Assembly: GCA_038212275.1 (NCBI GenBank)
Contig: JBBQUR010000002.1
Span: forward strand, 192,001 to 256,000
Origin: Planctomycetota bacterium
GTDB taxonomy: Bacteria > Planctomycetota > B15-G4
Length of the DNA stretch: 64,000 bases
Direction: 5' to 3'
The position numbers were made by a program, and so were the translations under genes. The notes under the pieces were generated by a model. The model was not told the DNA's origin. It did no database searches and was given only the letters and a program-made list of their open reading frames with translations. Every line of letters starts with the position of its first letter. Position 1 is the first letter of the stretch. Shown here in pieces: positions 44,824-55,580 of this stretch.

Positions 44824-46521
44824 TCAGCGGGGCTTGACGAGCACCACGCGCGTGTCGGCCGCCACGGCGTGCGTGCTGGCCGTGCCGTCCGGCCAGCGGA
44901 CCGAAACGACGGCCGACGCCGCCGTCGCGCCAAGGCCGAACCACAGGCTCTGGGGCGCCTGGCTCAGATAGTTGTTGCCGCACTCCATCGGCGCGACCTG
45001 CACGGGAAGCCCGGCGACCTGCACGCTGACCCGGGCCCCCACCGCCAGGCGGTTCATCCCGGGCTGGCGCAGCTCGACGTGCAACCAGTGACCGAGCCCC
45101 GCGTTGCTGCCGCGCCAGAGCCGCGGGCCGACGTCGTTGTTCATGACGAGCACGTCGAGTGCGCCATCGTGGTCGGCGTCGAAGACCACGAGTCCGCGCC
45201 CCTGGCTGTCGTCGACCAGTCCGAAGTCGGCGGCGCGATCCGTGAAGTGGCCCGCGCCGTCGTTCATGAACAGGCGCAGCGTGTCATGGTCGAAGATCAG
45301 CAGCTGCGGCACGAAGATGATGTTGCTGTACCAGCCGTTCGCCTGCACCAGGTCCACGTCGCCGTCGTTGTCCAGGTCCGCGAACTGCGCGCCCCAGCCC
45401 CAGCCGCCGTGGCGCAGCCCGGCGACGTCCGTCTTGTCGGTGAAGGTTCCGTTGCCGTTGTTCACGTAGAGGCGGTTGCCGGAGCTGAAGTAGCCGCCGA
45501 GCGGGATGGGCACGGGCGAGTCGATGGCGGTCACGAACCAGTCGAGGTCGCCGTCGCGGTCCACGTCGGCGATGGCGCTGCCCATGCCGTTCTCATCCGT
45601 GCCCACACCGGCGAGCTGCGTGATGTTGGTGAAGCTCCAGTTGCCGTTGTTGCGCAGCAGCCGGCTCGTGTGCACGTCGTTCGCGCACAACACGTCGAGG
45701 TCGCCGTCGAAGTCGAAGTCCACGAGGCGCGGCGTGAAGCCGTACACCTTGTCGAACTTGAACTGCGGCAGGTGGACCTCGCGGAAGCTGCCGTCGCCCG
45801 TGTTGCGGAAGAACTGGATGCGATGGCCGCCCCAGGTGAGCGCCACGAGGTCGAGGTCGCCGTCGGCGTCGAGGTCTCCGAAGGCAGCGCCGTAGCGCCC
45901 CGCGGTGGCCAGGCCGTTGGCATCCGGCGCCTTGCTGAACAGGCCGTGCCCGTCGTTCAGATACAGGCGGTTGTCGTGCTTGAGCAGCCCGGGTCCGGAG
46001 GGCGGGTCCGAGACGTCCGGCGTGGGGATCGGCCCCGTGCTGCTTCCGCCGCCTTTCATGGCGGTCTGCACGTCGAGCACGTTCTCGAACATGGTGAGGA
46101 AGAGGTCCAGGTCGCCGTCGCCATCTACGTCGGCGAGCACTGGCGAGCCGACCGGCAGGCTCACCGCGACTCCCGCGGCGGCGGCCACGTCCGTGAAGTG
46201 CCCGCCGCCGTCGTTGTGGTAGAGGCGCAGCGGTTGCGCGGAGCCCATCGGCACGACGAGGTCCTCCCAGCCGTCGCCGTCCACGTCGCCGACGGCGATG
46301 CCGCCCGTGAAAGGTTGCGTGACCGCATCGGTCGGCGACGCGGCGTACGCGCCAGCAATGCCCGCGACCGCCGTGGCCTCCGTGAAGGACTGCGCGGAGG
46401 CCGTGGCGACGAGCGACAACGCAACCAACGCCAGCATCGCCAGCATCGCCAGCAACAACGGCAGCTTCCGTTGCGACACGCGCACCAGCGCGCCGCGGGA
46501 CGCGAACTCGGAAGCATGCAT
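44824..46521 (-). CDS. Secreted FG-GAP repeat protein with a C-terminal ASPIC/UnbV domain (CRTAC1 family)
   Basis: Signal peptide; repeated DxDGDGDLD motifs and N-x-GxGxFTD; NRLAVGARV, YLSQ...LWFGLG, VRWPDG. Confidence 0.87.
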   Translation of the reverse strand: MHASEFASRGALVRVSQRKLPLLLAMLAMLALVALSLVATASAQSFTEATAVAGIAGAYAASPTDAVTQPFTGGIAVGDVDGDGWEDLVVPMGSAQPLRLYHNDGGGHFTDVAAAAGVAVSLPVGSPVLADVDGDGDLDLFLTMFENVLDVQTAMKGGGSSTGPIPTPDVSDPPSGPGLLKHDNRLYLNDGHGLFSKAPDANGLATAGRYGAAFGDLDADGDLDLVALTWGGHRIQFFRNTGDGSFREVHLPQFKFDKVYGFTPRLVDFDFDGDLDVLCANDVHTSRLLRNNGNWSFTNITQLAGVGTDENGMGSAIADVDRDGDLDWFVTAIDSPVPIPLGGYFSSGNRLYVNNGNGTFTDKTDVAGLRHGGWGWGAQFADLDNDGDVDLVQANGWYSNIIFVPQLLIFDHDTLRLFMNDGAGHFTDRAADFGLVDDSQGRGLVVFDADHDGALDVLVMNNDVGPRLWRGSNAGLGHWLHVELRQPGMNRLAVGARVSVQVAGLPVQVAPMECGNNYLSQAPQSLWFGLGATAASAVVSVRWPDGTASTHAVAADTRVVLVKPR

Positions 46522-46623
46522 GGTCGAGACTCCACCAGGACGCGATGACGACGAGCCGACGGCTCGCGCTTGCCGGCCGCGGATTGCCGGCGACCATCCC
46601 CCAGACCGGCGGGCCGTGCCGGG

Positions 46624-46707
46624 CGTCACGCCCGACGTCACGCCCGACGTCAGGCCCCGTGTCACGCCGGGCAGCAAGCCCGACGTGGCGCCCGCCTTCA
46701 CGCGGCG
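46624..46707. repeat. Degenerate 12-bp tandem array (CGTCACGCCCGA, about 7 units) in phase with the stop codon at 46698
   Basis: Two exact copies plus degenerate units. Confidence 0.6.
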
Positions 46708-46898
46708 GGCGACGGGCTGCGCTCGCCGTCCGTGCGCACGACGACCGTGCCGGCGATGCAGTCCGGCAGCGAGCGGCCGTTCTTGCCGTGGAACATCGTG
46801 ACGAGCTCCGCCACGATCCACAGCGTCGCGATCCAGCTCAGCCCGATGCGCTCGAGCACGCGCTCGTCCGCGGCGGAGCGTGCCTGTCCTGCGCTCAT
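46698..46898 (-). CDS. Small protein resembling the C-terminus of an RDD-family membrane protein (possibly a fragment)
   Basis: One TM segment then GRSLPDCIAGTVVVR, similar to RDD R-x-L-H-D-x-I-A-G-T-x-V-V; ATGA overlap with the upstream stop. Confidence 0.45.
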   Translation of the reverse strand: MSAGQARSAADERVLERIGLSWIATLWIVAELVTMFHGKNGRSLPDCIAGTVVVRTDGERSPSPAA

Positions 46899-47848
46899 CG
46901 CTCGCCGCCCCGCGACCGGCCGCGCGGCTCCGAGAGCACCAGGCGCAGCGCGCGCAGGAGTCGATACCGCGCCAGTTGCGTCGTGTCGCCGCGCCACAGC
47001 TGCAACCAGCTGCGCAGCCGCAGGCGATGCCGCAGCGCGTGATACTGCGGGCGCTCCGGCATGCGCAGCGAGAGCACCGTCTGCAGCACCGCGCGGTCCG
47101 GATAGCCGGCGCACACGGCCGCGATGCGCGCGTGCTCGTCCCCGGCGCGGCTGGCCTCCACGACGGAGAGCATGAAGGCGAGCAGCTCGATGGCCCGCGC
47201 CTCGGCCACGTCGTGCGCCGCATGCGGCTCGGCGAAGTCGAACCAGAGCAGCGCCGGCTCGGAGGTCGGCGTGGACCCGGGCGCGGCGCCTGACGGCGGC
47301 GCCGGCGCCGCAAACCTGGGCATGACCAGGATGTTGTGCGCCGCGCCGTCGCTGTGCAGGTCGGCAACGGACGTGGCGCGCGCGTGCCGCGCCGCGATGC
47401 GGCTCACGACCTGCGTGAGCAGCGGCGAGGCCAGCACGAGTTCCCCGACGCGGCTGCCGTGGCGCACGCCGTCGCGCGCGAGCGACGACTCGCGCAGGAC
47501 GTCGAAGAGCGTCGGCGCGGGCAGATACGGAAACACGAGCGACGGGCCGACGGCGACGACCTGCCCGTCGACAGGCAGCGACAAGCGCTCGAAGGGGCCG
47601 GCGCACGGCCACAGCACGGCCTCGCCCTGCGCGACGAAGGCCGCCTGCCCGTCGAGCTCGCGCTTCAGGCGCGCGCGCGACTCCTCCGGCGTGTCGCCCG
47701 GCGCCGCGTAGTCCTTCACGACGAAGCGCGCCTCGCCCGAGGCCGTCGGCTGCGCCACGAAATGCAGCGCATTGCTGCGGCGCCGGCCGCGGCCCGCGTG
47801 CTCGGGGCGGAAGCTGCGGAAGGCGGTCCCCGGTTCGAAGTCCGCCAT
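46895..47848 (-). CDS. Hypothetical protein with a protein-kinase-like fold (small-molecule/LPS-kinase-like)
   Basis: FVVKDY, RE, LHSDGAAHNILV (HxDxxxxN), WFDFAE. Confidence 0.55.
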   Translation of the reverse strand: MADFEPGTAFRSFRPEHAGRGRRRSNALHFVAQPTASGEARFVVKDYAAPGDTPEESRARLKRELDGQAAFVAQGEAVLWPCAGPFERLSLPVDGQVVAVGPSLVFPYLPAPTLFDVLRESSLARDGVRHGSRVGELVLASPLLTQVVSRIAARHARATSVADLHSDGAAHNILVMPRFAAPAPPSGAAPGSTPTSEPALLWFDFAEPHAAHDVAEARAIELLAFMLSVVEASRAGDEHARIAAVCAGYPDRAVLQTVLSLRMPERPQYHALRHRLRLRSWLQLWRGDTTQLARYRLLRALRLVLSEPRGRSRGGER

Positions 47849-47853
47849 GTGCC

Positions 47854-48465
47854 TCAGTAGCCCTTCAGCCGCTCCACGTGGAGCAGCTCGTCCCACGCGC
47901 CGCGGCGCAGATGCGCGAGCATCTGGTCCCACACCTTGTAGAAGACGCGCGAGAGCACGGGCTGCAGCTCGTCGTCGCGCAGCGTGAGCGCCAGCGCGGC
48001 GAGCCGCTCGCGGTAGGCGGGCTTGAGTTCGCGCTTGTCGAAAAGCGCGTGGCACAGCAGGTGCGTCAACGCGTCCGGGCCGGCGGGGATGTGAAAGGCG
48101 CCGCTCGCGTGCGGCACGCGTCGCGCGAACATGCCTTCCGTGAGCTCCGGGTCCACCGCCACCCACGGATGCCTGCCGTAGAAGGGCGAGCGGTAGCAGA
48201 GGCGTTGCACGAGGTCGAGCAGCAGTCCCTGCCGGTTGCGGAACTGCTCGTGAGGAAGCGCGCCGGCCAGCGCGCCGTCGGCGGAGGTCACGTGCTTCGT
48301 GAAGCCCGCGGCCTCCAGCCGCCTGGTGATCTCCGGCAGCGCCGCGCCGCGCACCAGCACGTCCACGTCGCCCTCGGGATGGTCGGGCAGCTTGTCCCAG
48401 TTGCGCAGCACGACAGGTTCGCCGCGGCAGCTCTCAAACAAGGCCAGGGCCGCGACGAGCTCCAT
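47854..48465 (-). CDS. Nucleotidyltransferase-like protein
   Basis: VVLRNWDKLPDHPEGDVDVLV (GDxD), LLDLVQ, HLLCHALFDK. Confidence 0.55.
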   Translation of the reverse strand: MELVAALALFESCRGEPVVLRNWDKLPDHPEGDVDVLVRGAALPEITRRLEAAGFTKHVTSADGALAGALPHEQFRNRQGLLLDLVQRLCYRSPFYGRHPWVAVDPELTEGMFARRVPHASGAFHIPAGPDALTHLLCHALFDKRELKPAYRERLAALALTLRDDELQPVLSRVFYKVWDQMLAHLRRGAWDELLHVERLKGY

Positions 48466-48471
48466 GCCGCC

Positions 48472-48675
48472 TCAGAGACCCTTCGCGCGGCGCAGCGCGG
48501 CGGCAGCCTTCGCCACCTCTTCCGCCAGCTCGTGGAATTCGCTCGGCACGAGTTCGAGGCGCCAGGCATCGGTCTGCAGGTGCACGTCGCCCGATTCGTT
48601 GTATTCGATGGTGAGCGTGCGCAGCGGACCCTCGCGCAGCTCGGCGCGGCCTAGGAGCGTGTGAACAATCCCCAT
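48472..48675 (-). CDS. Small hypothetical protein (67 aa), paralog of 48651-48911
   Basis: AGGAGG RBS; LTIEYNESGDVHLQTDAWRLELVPSEFHELAEEV. Confidence 0.6.
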   Translation of the reverse strand: MGIVHTLLGRAELREGPLRTLTIEYNESGDVHLQTDAWRLELVPSEFHELAEEVAKAAAALRRAKGL

Positions 48676-48911
48676 CTGCGGCGCCTCCTTTCCGGCGGCA
48701 GGCTGGCCGCCATCGCCTTGAGCTTGCCGTCCGCGATCGCGACCTGGTCGGCGAAGGCGAGGAAGTCGTTGATCGACAGATCGAGGCGCAGGTTGCGGTA
48801 GTGGATGTGAATGCACTCGCCGACGTTGTCCTCGATCTTGAGGCTGCGCTTGTGCCGCACCGGCTGCGTGCCGATCTTCCGGTGCGCGAGCTCGATGACC
48901 ATGATGTTCAT
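48651..48911 (-). CDS. Small hypothetical protein (86 aa)
   Basis: LKIEDNVGECIHIHYRNLRLDLSINDFLAFADQV. Confidence 0.65.
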   Translation of the reverse strand: MNIMVIELAHRKIGTQPVRHKRSLKIEDNVGECIHIHYRNLRLDLSINDFLAFADQVAIADGKLKAMAASLPPERRRRRWGLFTRS

Positions 48912-48918
48912 GCGCGGT

Positions 48919-49218
48919 TCACGACGAGAGGAATTTGTTCATCTGCGCGGCCGTCACGAGACCGCCGCGCTTGCGGATCCACTCCGAGTTGCCCGGCCCC
49001 CAGGCCTCGTCGGTGCGCACGACGAGGGCGCGGCAGCTGCAGCCGCCCGGCAGCGTGCAGCCGTCCTTGAGCGGCGGGCCCTTGAAGTCCTTCTCGGGCA
49101 GCCAGCAGGTGCCGTCGAGTTCCTTCGCCTTGCCGCAGCGCTCCGCCGCGGCTCCTGCGTGCCAGGTGTAGTAGGCCACCAAGGCTTCCTTGCCGAACTT
49201 CCTCGAGAACCAGCTCAT
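48919..49218 (-). CDS. Small Cys-rich hypothetical protein (99 aa)
   Basis: GGAG RBS, ATG at 49218; YYTWHA...ERC...ELDG...PP...C...CSC. Confidence 0.6.
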   Translation of the reverse strand: MSWFSRKFGKEALVAYYTWHAGAAAERCGKAKELDGTCWLPEKDFKGPPLKDGCTLPGGCSCRALVVRTDEAWGPGNSEWIRKRGGLVTAAQMNKFLSS

Positions 49219-49483
49219 CAGGGACTCCGGCGCGCGGGCCGCACCGGCGCGCACCATGCGCACCGATGCGATCCGCTGCCCAGCGTAGCGACAGCGGCGC
49301 GACCGGCCAACCGCGGGTCCCGCGGATGCGGAGGGCGCGGGCGGTCGACCCGAAAAGCTGCGGGTCGCGGAGAGCGGCGCCTTGGCGCGCGTCGCGCCGG
49401 ACCGGTAGGGTGGGACGTCCCGGCCGGATGCTTCGCGGGTGCGTTCCGGCGAAATCCTCACGGCTCCCTCCGCAGAGGCGCGC

Positions 49484-50536
49484 ATGACCGAGACTCGTGC
49501 CGACACGTCCGTTCACGACGGCGCACAGCATGCCAATGCCGGGCGCGGCGTCGACCTCATCCCCGCAGCCCCCGGGGACGTCGCGCCGGACGCGCCGGCC
49601 CTGGCGATCCCGCCCCGCGCCGTCTTCGTCGTGGGCATGCCGCGCTCGGGCACCACGCTGCTCACGCGCCTGCTCGACGGCCATCCGCAGCTCTTCACGC
49701 TGCCGCACGAGACGCAGGCCACGCGCTGGGTCGGCATGCGGGATCCGGCCGGTGCCTTCCTCGGCGAGTCCGCTTACGGCAAGTTCTATCCGGCGGGCAG
49801 CGAGGTGCGGAAGCGCTTCGAGGCGGAGCTCCGCGCGCAGCTCGGGGAGCGGACGGACCTGCGCTCCATCCTGCTCGCCATCGTGGCTGCGCAGCTGCGC
49901 ATGCAGCAGCCGAAGCTCCCCGCCGACGCCTGGGTGGAGAAGACGCCGCGCCACGCGCGCGACGTGCCCGCGCTCATCGCGACCTTCGGGCCAGCGACGA
50001 AGGTCATCGCACTGGTGCGCGACCCGCGCGCGACGCTCGCCAGCCGGCGCAAGGTCTTCCGGCGCACGTCGGAGAATCACGTGCGACACCTCGCGCGGCG
50101 CTGGGCCACGGTGGACACGCTCGTCAAGGAATACGCAGCGCGCTTCCCGCAGCAATTCCTGGCCGTCACCTACGAAGCGCTCGTGCACGACCCCGAGGCC
50201 GTCATGCGCCGCCTCGCGACGCACGTGGGCATCGCCTGGGATGCCTCGCTCGTGCAGCCGTCCTACGTGGGCGAGGAGTGGCAGGGCAACTCCAGCTACA
50301 CCGAGCCGGCCAAGGGCGTCACCACCGCCTCGCTCGCGCGCTGGAAGGACGAACTCTCGCCGGAAGAGATCGCGCAATGCGAGGACCTGCTGCGCCCGCG
50401 CATGGCAGCGTGGGGCTACGAGACGACAACGCCCGCGCGCCGCGGCCCGCGCCTGGAACGCGCCCTCATCGAAGCCGGCACCGCGTGGTATCTGCGCAGC
50501 TACCGTCGCGCCTGGGCGCGGGCCGGAGCGAGCTGA
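49484..50536 (+). CDS. Sulfotransferase family protein
   Basis: 5'-PSB loop VFVVGMPRSGTTLL...GHP, WVEKTP, LVRDPR...S, YEALVHDPE, RWKDELS. Confidence 0.9.
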   Translation: MTETRADTSVHDGAQHANAGRGVDLIPAAPGDVAPDAPALAIPPRAVFVVGMPRSGTTLLTRLLDGHPQLFTLPHETQATRWVGMRDPAGAFLGESAYGKFYPAGSEVRKRFEAELRAQLGERTDLRSILLAIVAAQLRMQQPKLPADAWVEKTPRHARDVPALIATFGPATKVIALVRDPRATLASRRKVFRRTSENHVRHLARRWATVDTLVKEYAARFPQQFLAVTYEALVHDPEAVMRRLATHVGIAWDASLVQPSYVGEEWQGNSSYTEPAKGVTTASLARWKDELSPEEIAQCEDLLRPRMAAWGYETTTPARRGPRLERALIEAGTAWYLRSYRRAWARAGAS

Positions 50537-50554
50537 GCCGGCGGATGCGCCGCT

Positions 50555-50943
50555 TCATGCCGGCGACGCGGCCTCGGCGCTGCCGGGGGTCGCCCCGCCG
50601 CAGACCTCGTCCAGAAGCTCGTACGCCCGCCGCAGGTGCGGGATGACGATCGAGCCGCCGACGATGAGCGCGATGTCCAGCGCCTCCACGATCTGCTCGC
50701 GGCTGGCGCCGACCTCCACGCCGCGCAGCACGTGGTAGCTGATGCAGTCGTCGCAGCGCAGCACCGCCGAGGCGACGAGGCCCATGAGCTCCTTGTGCAG
50801 CTCGTCGATGGCGCCGGCCTTGTAGGCCTGGCCATCCAGGTTGAAGAAGCGCTTCGTGACCTGCGTGCCCATGCGGTGCACGCACTCGTTCTGCCGCTCG
50901 CGCCGCTTGCGGAACTCCTCGGCGCGGCCCGCGCTGCCTCCGC

Positions 50944-50947
<4 letters not shown>
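50555..50947 (-). CDS. Carboxymuconolactone decarboxylase/AhpD-family protein
   Basis: GTGA overlap with the cbs stop; KRFFNLD, KELMGLVASAVLRCDDCISYH, VGGSIVIPHLRRA. Confidence 0.85.
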
Positions 50948-52323
<1,376 letters not shown>

Positions 52324-52575
52324 GTGGCGGCTCCTGGAAAGTTGGTGCGCGCCCGGCGCACGGGGCGCCGATTGTAAGGGGAGCGTGAAGTCCGGCGACA
52401 GCGGAACCGGCCGACTTCCCGCGCCGCGCGCCTCCGAGCCCCGCCCCGCGGTGCGCGGCAGTCCGCGGCCAGCCGTGTCGGGACACGTGGTGGCGCCACG
52501 GGACGCGCCGAGGGATTTTCACGCCTGCGTCGTCCGGCCTCCAGCAGCGACGGCCATTCGGCCGACGAAACCGGC

Positions 52576-53442
52576 ATGTCCAGCCCCGCCGAGCCTCTCC
52601 TGCCGCCGACTCAGGCCGCGGCGCGCCGCGCGCACGACGAGGCGCCCGAGGCATCACCGGACCGAGCGCCGGGCGAAGCACCGGGCGATCGGCCGGGCAC
52701 GGCGTCGGAGGCGGCAGCGGACACGGCGGCTGTCCTGGCTGCGATCTATCCGGCGCTCGCACACCTGCTCGGCCCGAAGCCCTTCGCCGCGCTCTGTGCG
52801 ACGGCGTCCGCTCGCAGCGCCGCGGCGGACGTGCAGCCGGGCAGGCTGATCCACGCCCTGCTGCTGCGCCGCGAGGCACGCACCGACGACCGCATTCCCA
52901 GTCGGCTCGCCGCGGACATCGCCGCGCTCGAGTGGTCCATCCATCGCCTGGCGGACCGGCCGCAGCACGCCGAAGCCGAGCGCCCGGCCACGCCGCGAGA
53001 TCTGCTCGCCGCAACGGCCGCAGGCTGCGGACCCGACGACGGCTGGCGCGTCGCCACGCTGCAGCCGTCCCGGCATTTCGACATCGTGCCGGTCGCCTTC
53101 CGGCTCGACACCTGGGTGCGACGCGTGCACCAGGGGCGCCGCATGAAGCGCATGCCGATGCGCGGCGAGCAGCACATCGTGGTGCATGCGCCGGACCGCG
53201 CATCCGGCGACGCAGGGGCGCCGGTGTGGTGGTTTGCGCTGCCGCCCGGGCCGGGGACACTGCTCGCGCATCTGGCGCTCGGCCAGCCCATCGGCGTCGC
53301 GGTGGCCAGCGCCGTCCACCGCGGCTGGATGGCCGACGAGGCGGCGGCGCTCGAGCAACTCGACGGCTGGCTGCGCGAGGGACTCTTTGCACGCGTGCTG
53401 CCGCCCGAACCGGCCCGCGACGCGCCTCCGACCGCGCGCTGA
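52576..53442 (+). CDS. Hypothetical protein resembling DUF2063 (HvfC/BufC-like) partner proteins
   Basis: LAAIYPALAHLLGPKPFAAL, LAADIAALEWS, LDGWLREGLF. Confidence 0.5.
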   Translation: MSSPAEPLLPPTQAAARRAHDEAPEASPDRAPGEAPGDRPGTASEAAADTAAVLAAIYPALAHLLGPKPFAALCATASARSAAADVQPGRLIHALLLRREARTDDRIPSRLAADIAALEWSIHRLADRPQHAEAERPATPRDLLAATAAGCGPDDGWRVATLQPSRHFDIVPVAFRLDTWVRRVHQGRRMKRMPMRGEQHIVVHAPDRASGDAGAPVWWFALPPGPGTLLAHLALGQPIGVAVASAVHRGWMADEAAALEQLDGWLREGLFARVLPPEPARDAPPTAR

Positions 53443-53488
53443 GGGCCCTCGCTGGCGACGGGCCGCGCGCCGGTTATCGTCGCCGCGC

Positions 53489-54820
53489 ATGGACGGCACG
53501 GTGCTCGCGATCTTCGCCTTCGTCTATCTGGGGATGCTGCTCGGCCACATCCCGGGGCTGAGGCTGGACCGCACCGGTGTCGCGCTGCTCGGCGCGCTGC
53601 TGCTCATCGTCACCGGCAAGGTGAGCGTGCAGGCGGCGCGCGATGCCGTGAACATCCCGACGATGGCGCTGCTCTTCGGCCTCATGGTGGTGTCGGCGCA
53701 GTTCCGGCTGTGCGGGTTCTATGCGGCGGTCACGCGGCGCATCGGCCTGGCGAGCCTCTCGCCCGCTGCGCTGCTCGCGCTGGTCATTGCGGTGGCGGGC
53801 GCGCTCTCGGCGGTGCTCGTCAACGACATCATCTGTCTGGCGATGGCGCCCATCCTCGTGGCGGTCTGTGCGCACAGACGACTGCAGGCGTTGCCCTTCC
53901 TGCTCGCGCTGGCCTGCGCCTCCAACGTCGGTTCGGCCGCCACGCTCATCGGCAACCCGCAGAACATGCTCATCGGGCAGACGCTGCGGCTCTCATTCGC
54001 CGGCTACCTGGCCGATGCCGCCGTACCGTCGGTGCTGGGACTCGGTGCGGTGTGGCTCGTGGTGCGCTGGCGCGTCGCGGGGCAGTGGTTCGTCGCCGAC
54101 ACCGCGGCGGGCGGCACCGGGGCCAGCGGCACCGAGGCGGGCGCTGCGACGACAGTCGCCGTGTCGGCGGGCGCTGCGACGGCGGGCGGCACCGGGGCCA
54201 GCGCGGACGCAGCGTTCCTCGGTGCGCCGCCCCTGGACCGCCGCCAGACACTCAAGGGCCTGGTCGTGATGGGCGCGCTCATCGTGCTTTTCCTCATCGG
54301 GAACTGGCCGCGCGAGCTGCTGGCGCTGGGCGCCGCCGCGCTGCTGCTGCTCTCGCGACGCGTGGCCAGCGCCGGCCTGCTGGCTCTCATCGACTGGCCA
54401 CTGCTCATGCTTTTCACGGGCCTGTTCGTCGTGAACCACGCGCTGGCGCAGGGCGGCGCACTCGCACGCGGCACTGCGATGCTGCAGGCCGGCGGCGTGG
54501 ACCTCACGCATCCTGCGTGGCTCTTCACCGCGAGCGTCGTGCTCTCCAATCTCGTCAGCAACGTGCCCGCCGTCATGCTGCTGCTGCCGTCCGCGACACA
54601 CGTGCTGTCGGGCCCGCTGCTGGCGTTGGCGAGCACGCTCTCCGGCAACCTCTTCCTCGTGGGCAGCATCGCCAACCTCATCGTGGTCGAGCAGGCCGGC
54701 CGCCTCGGCGTGCGCATCGGCTGGCGCGATCACCTGCGCATCGGCGTCCCCGTGACGCTGGTCACGCTGGCCGTCGCGGCGCTGTGGCTCTGGCTGCGCG
54801 CGGGAATGCTCGCGGGCTGA
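53489..54820 (+). CDS. Anion transporter, ArsB/NhaD (ion transporter) superfamily
   Basis: LDRTGVALLGA, LSAVLVNDIICL, ASNVGSAATLIGNPQN, SNLVSNVPAV, GSIANLIV; many TM helices. Confidence 0.88.
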   Translation: MDGTVLAIFAFVYLGMLLGHIPGLRLDRTGVALLGALLLIVTGKVSVQAARDAVNIPTMALLFGLMVVSAQFRLCGFYAAVTRRIGLASLSPAALLALVIAVAGALSAVLVNDIICLAMAPILVAVCAHRRLQALPFLLALACASNVGSAATLIGNPQNMLIGQTLRLSFAGYLADAAVPSVLGLGAVWLVVRWRVAGQWFVADTAAGGTGASGTEAGAATTVAVSAGAATAGGTGASADAAFLGAPPLDRRQTLKGLVVMGALIVLFLIGNWPRELLALGAAALLLLSRRVASAGLLALIDWPLLMLFTGLFVVNHALAQGGALARGTAMLQAGGVDLTHPAWLFTASVVLSNLVSNVPAVMLLLPSATHVLSGPLLALASTLSGNLFLVGSIANLIVVEQAGRLGVRIGWRDHLRIGVPVTLVTLAVAALWLWLRAGMLAG

Positions 54821-54832
54821 GGCGCCGCGGCA

Positions 54833-54931
54833 GGCAACGCCGGCAGCGCCAGCAGCGCCAGCAGCGCAGGCAGCGCGGGTAGCGCGGGCAACGCGGGCAG
54901 CGCGGGTAGCGCGGGCAACGCGGGCAGCGCC
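54833..54931. repeat. Intergenic 9-bp tandem repeat (GGCAGCGCG-like x11) between convergent genes
   Basis: Read directly; contains a 27-bp higher-order duplication. Confidence 0.85.
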
Positions 54932-54995
54932 GATCCGCCGCCGCCTCCGCAGGCGCGGACGGCGCGGCGCCTTGCCATGCGCAACAGGTCGATTC

Positions 54996-55580
54996 TCAGC
55001 TCGTCGCGCGGGCTCCACGCCGAGGGGCGGCATGCTCGCGCTCGAGCTCCAGCAGGCGGACTTTCAGCTCCAGGCCGCCGCCGAAGCCGCCGAGCTTGCC
55101 GCCCGCGGCGATCGTGCGGTGGCACGGCACGAAGAGCGGGACGGGATTGCTGCCGTTGGCTGAACCACACGCGCGGCTCGCGCGCGGATGCCCGGCGCGC
55201 GCGGCCAGTTCCGCGTAGCTGATCGTGCCTCCGTACGGCACGCGGCGCAGTGCGGCCCAGACCTTCTTCTGGAACTCGGTGCCACGCAGATCGAGCGGCA
55301 GATCCAGCTCGAGGCGCCGGCCCGCGAGGAAGTCGCGCACGGCGGCGATGGCCGGACCGTTGCGCCCCGTGCCCTCGCGGATCTCGGCCTTCGGCAGGTG
55401 CCGGTCGAGCCACGAGCGCACGTGATCGGCGGGCGTGCGGCACGTCGCATCGTCGCCACGAAGGTTGCTGCGCTCGCCGGGCAGCGAGCACGCGACGATG
55501 CCGCGCTCCGTGGACGCGAGGCTCATCGGGCCGAAGGCCGTGTCGAAGCGCGACAGGTGGACGATCTCGAGTGCAGACAT
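54996..55580 (-). CDS. ogt: Methylated-DNA--protein-cysteine S-methyltransferase
   Basis: GTEFQKKVW, VPYGGTISYAELA, ANGSNPVPLFVPCHR, LGGFGGGL. Confidence 0.92.
   Translation of the reverse strand: MSALEIVHLSRFDTAFGPMSLASTERGIVACSLPGERSNLRGDDATCRTPADHVRSWLDRHLPKAEIREGTGRNGPAIAAVRDFLAGRRLELDLPLDLRGTEFQKKVWAALRRVPYGGTISYAELAARAGHPRASRACGSANGSNPVPLFVPCHRTIAAGGKLGGFGGGLELKVRLLELEREHAAPRRGARATS

Noticed and set aside
46698..49218. Prophage or mobile island
   Set aside because: No integrase, transposase, terminase or att-like repeats seen; only one weak MuF-like motif.
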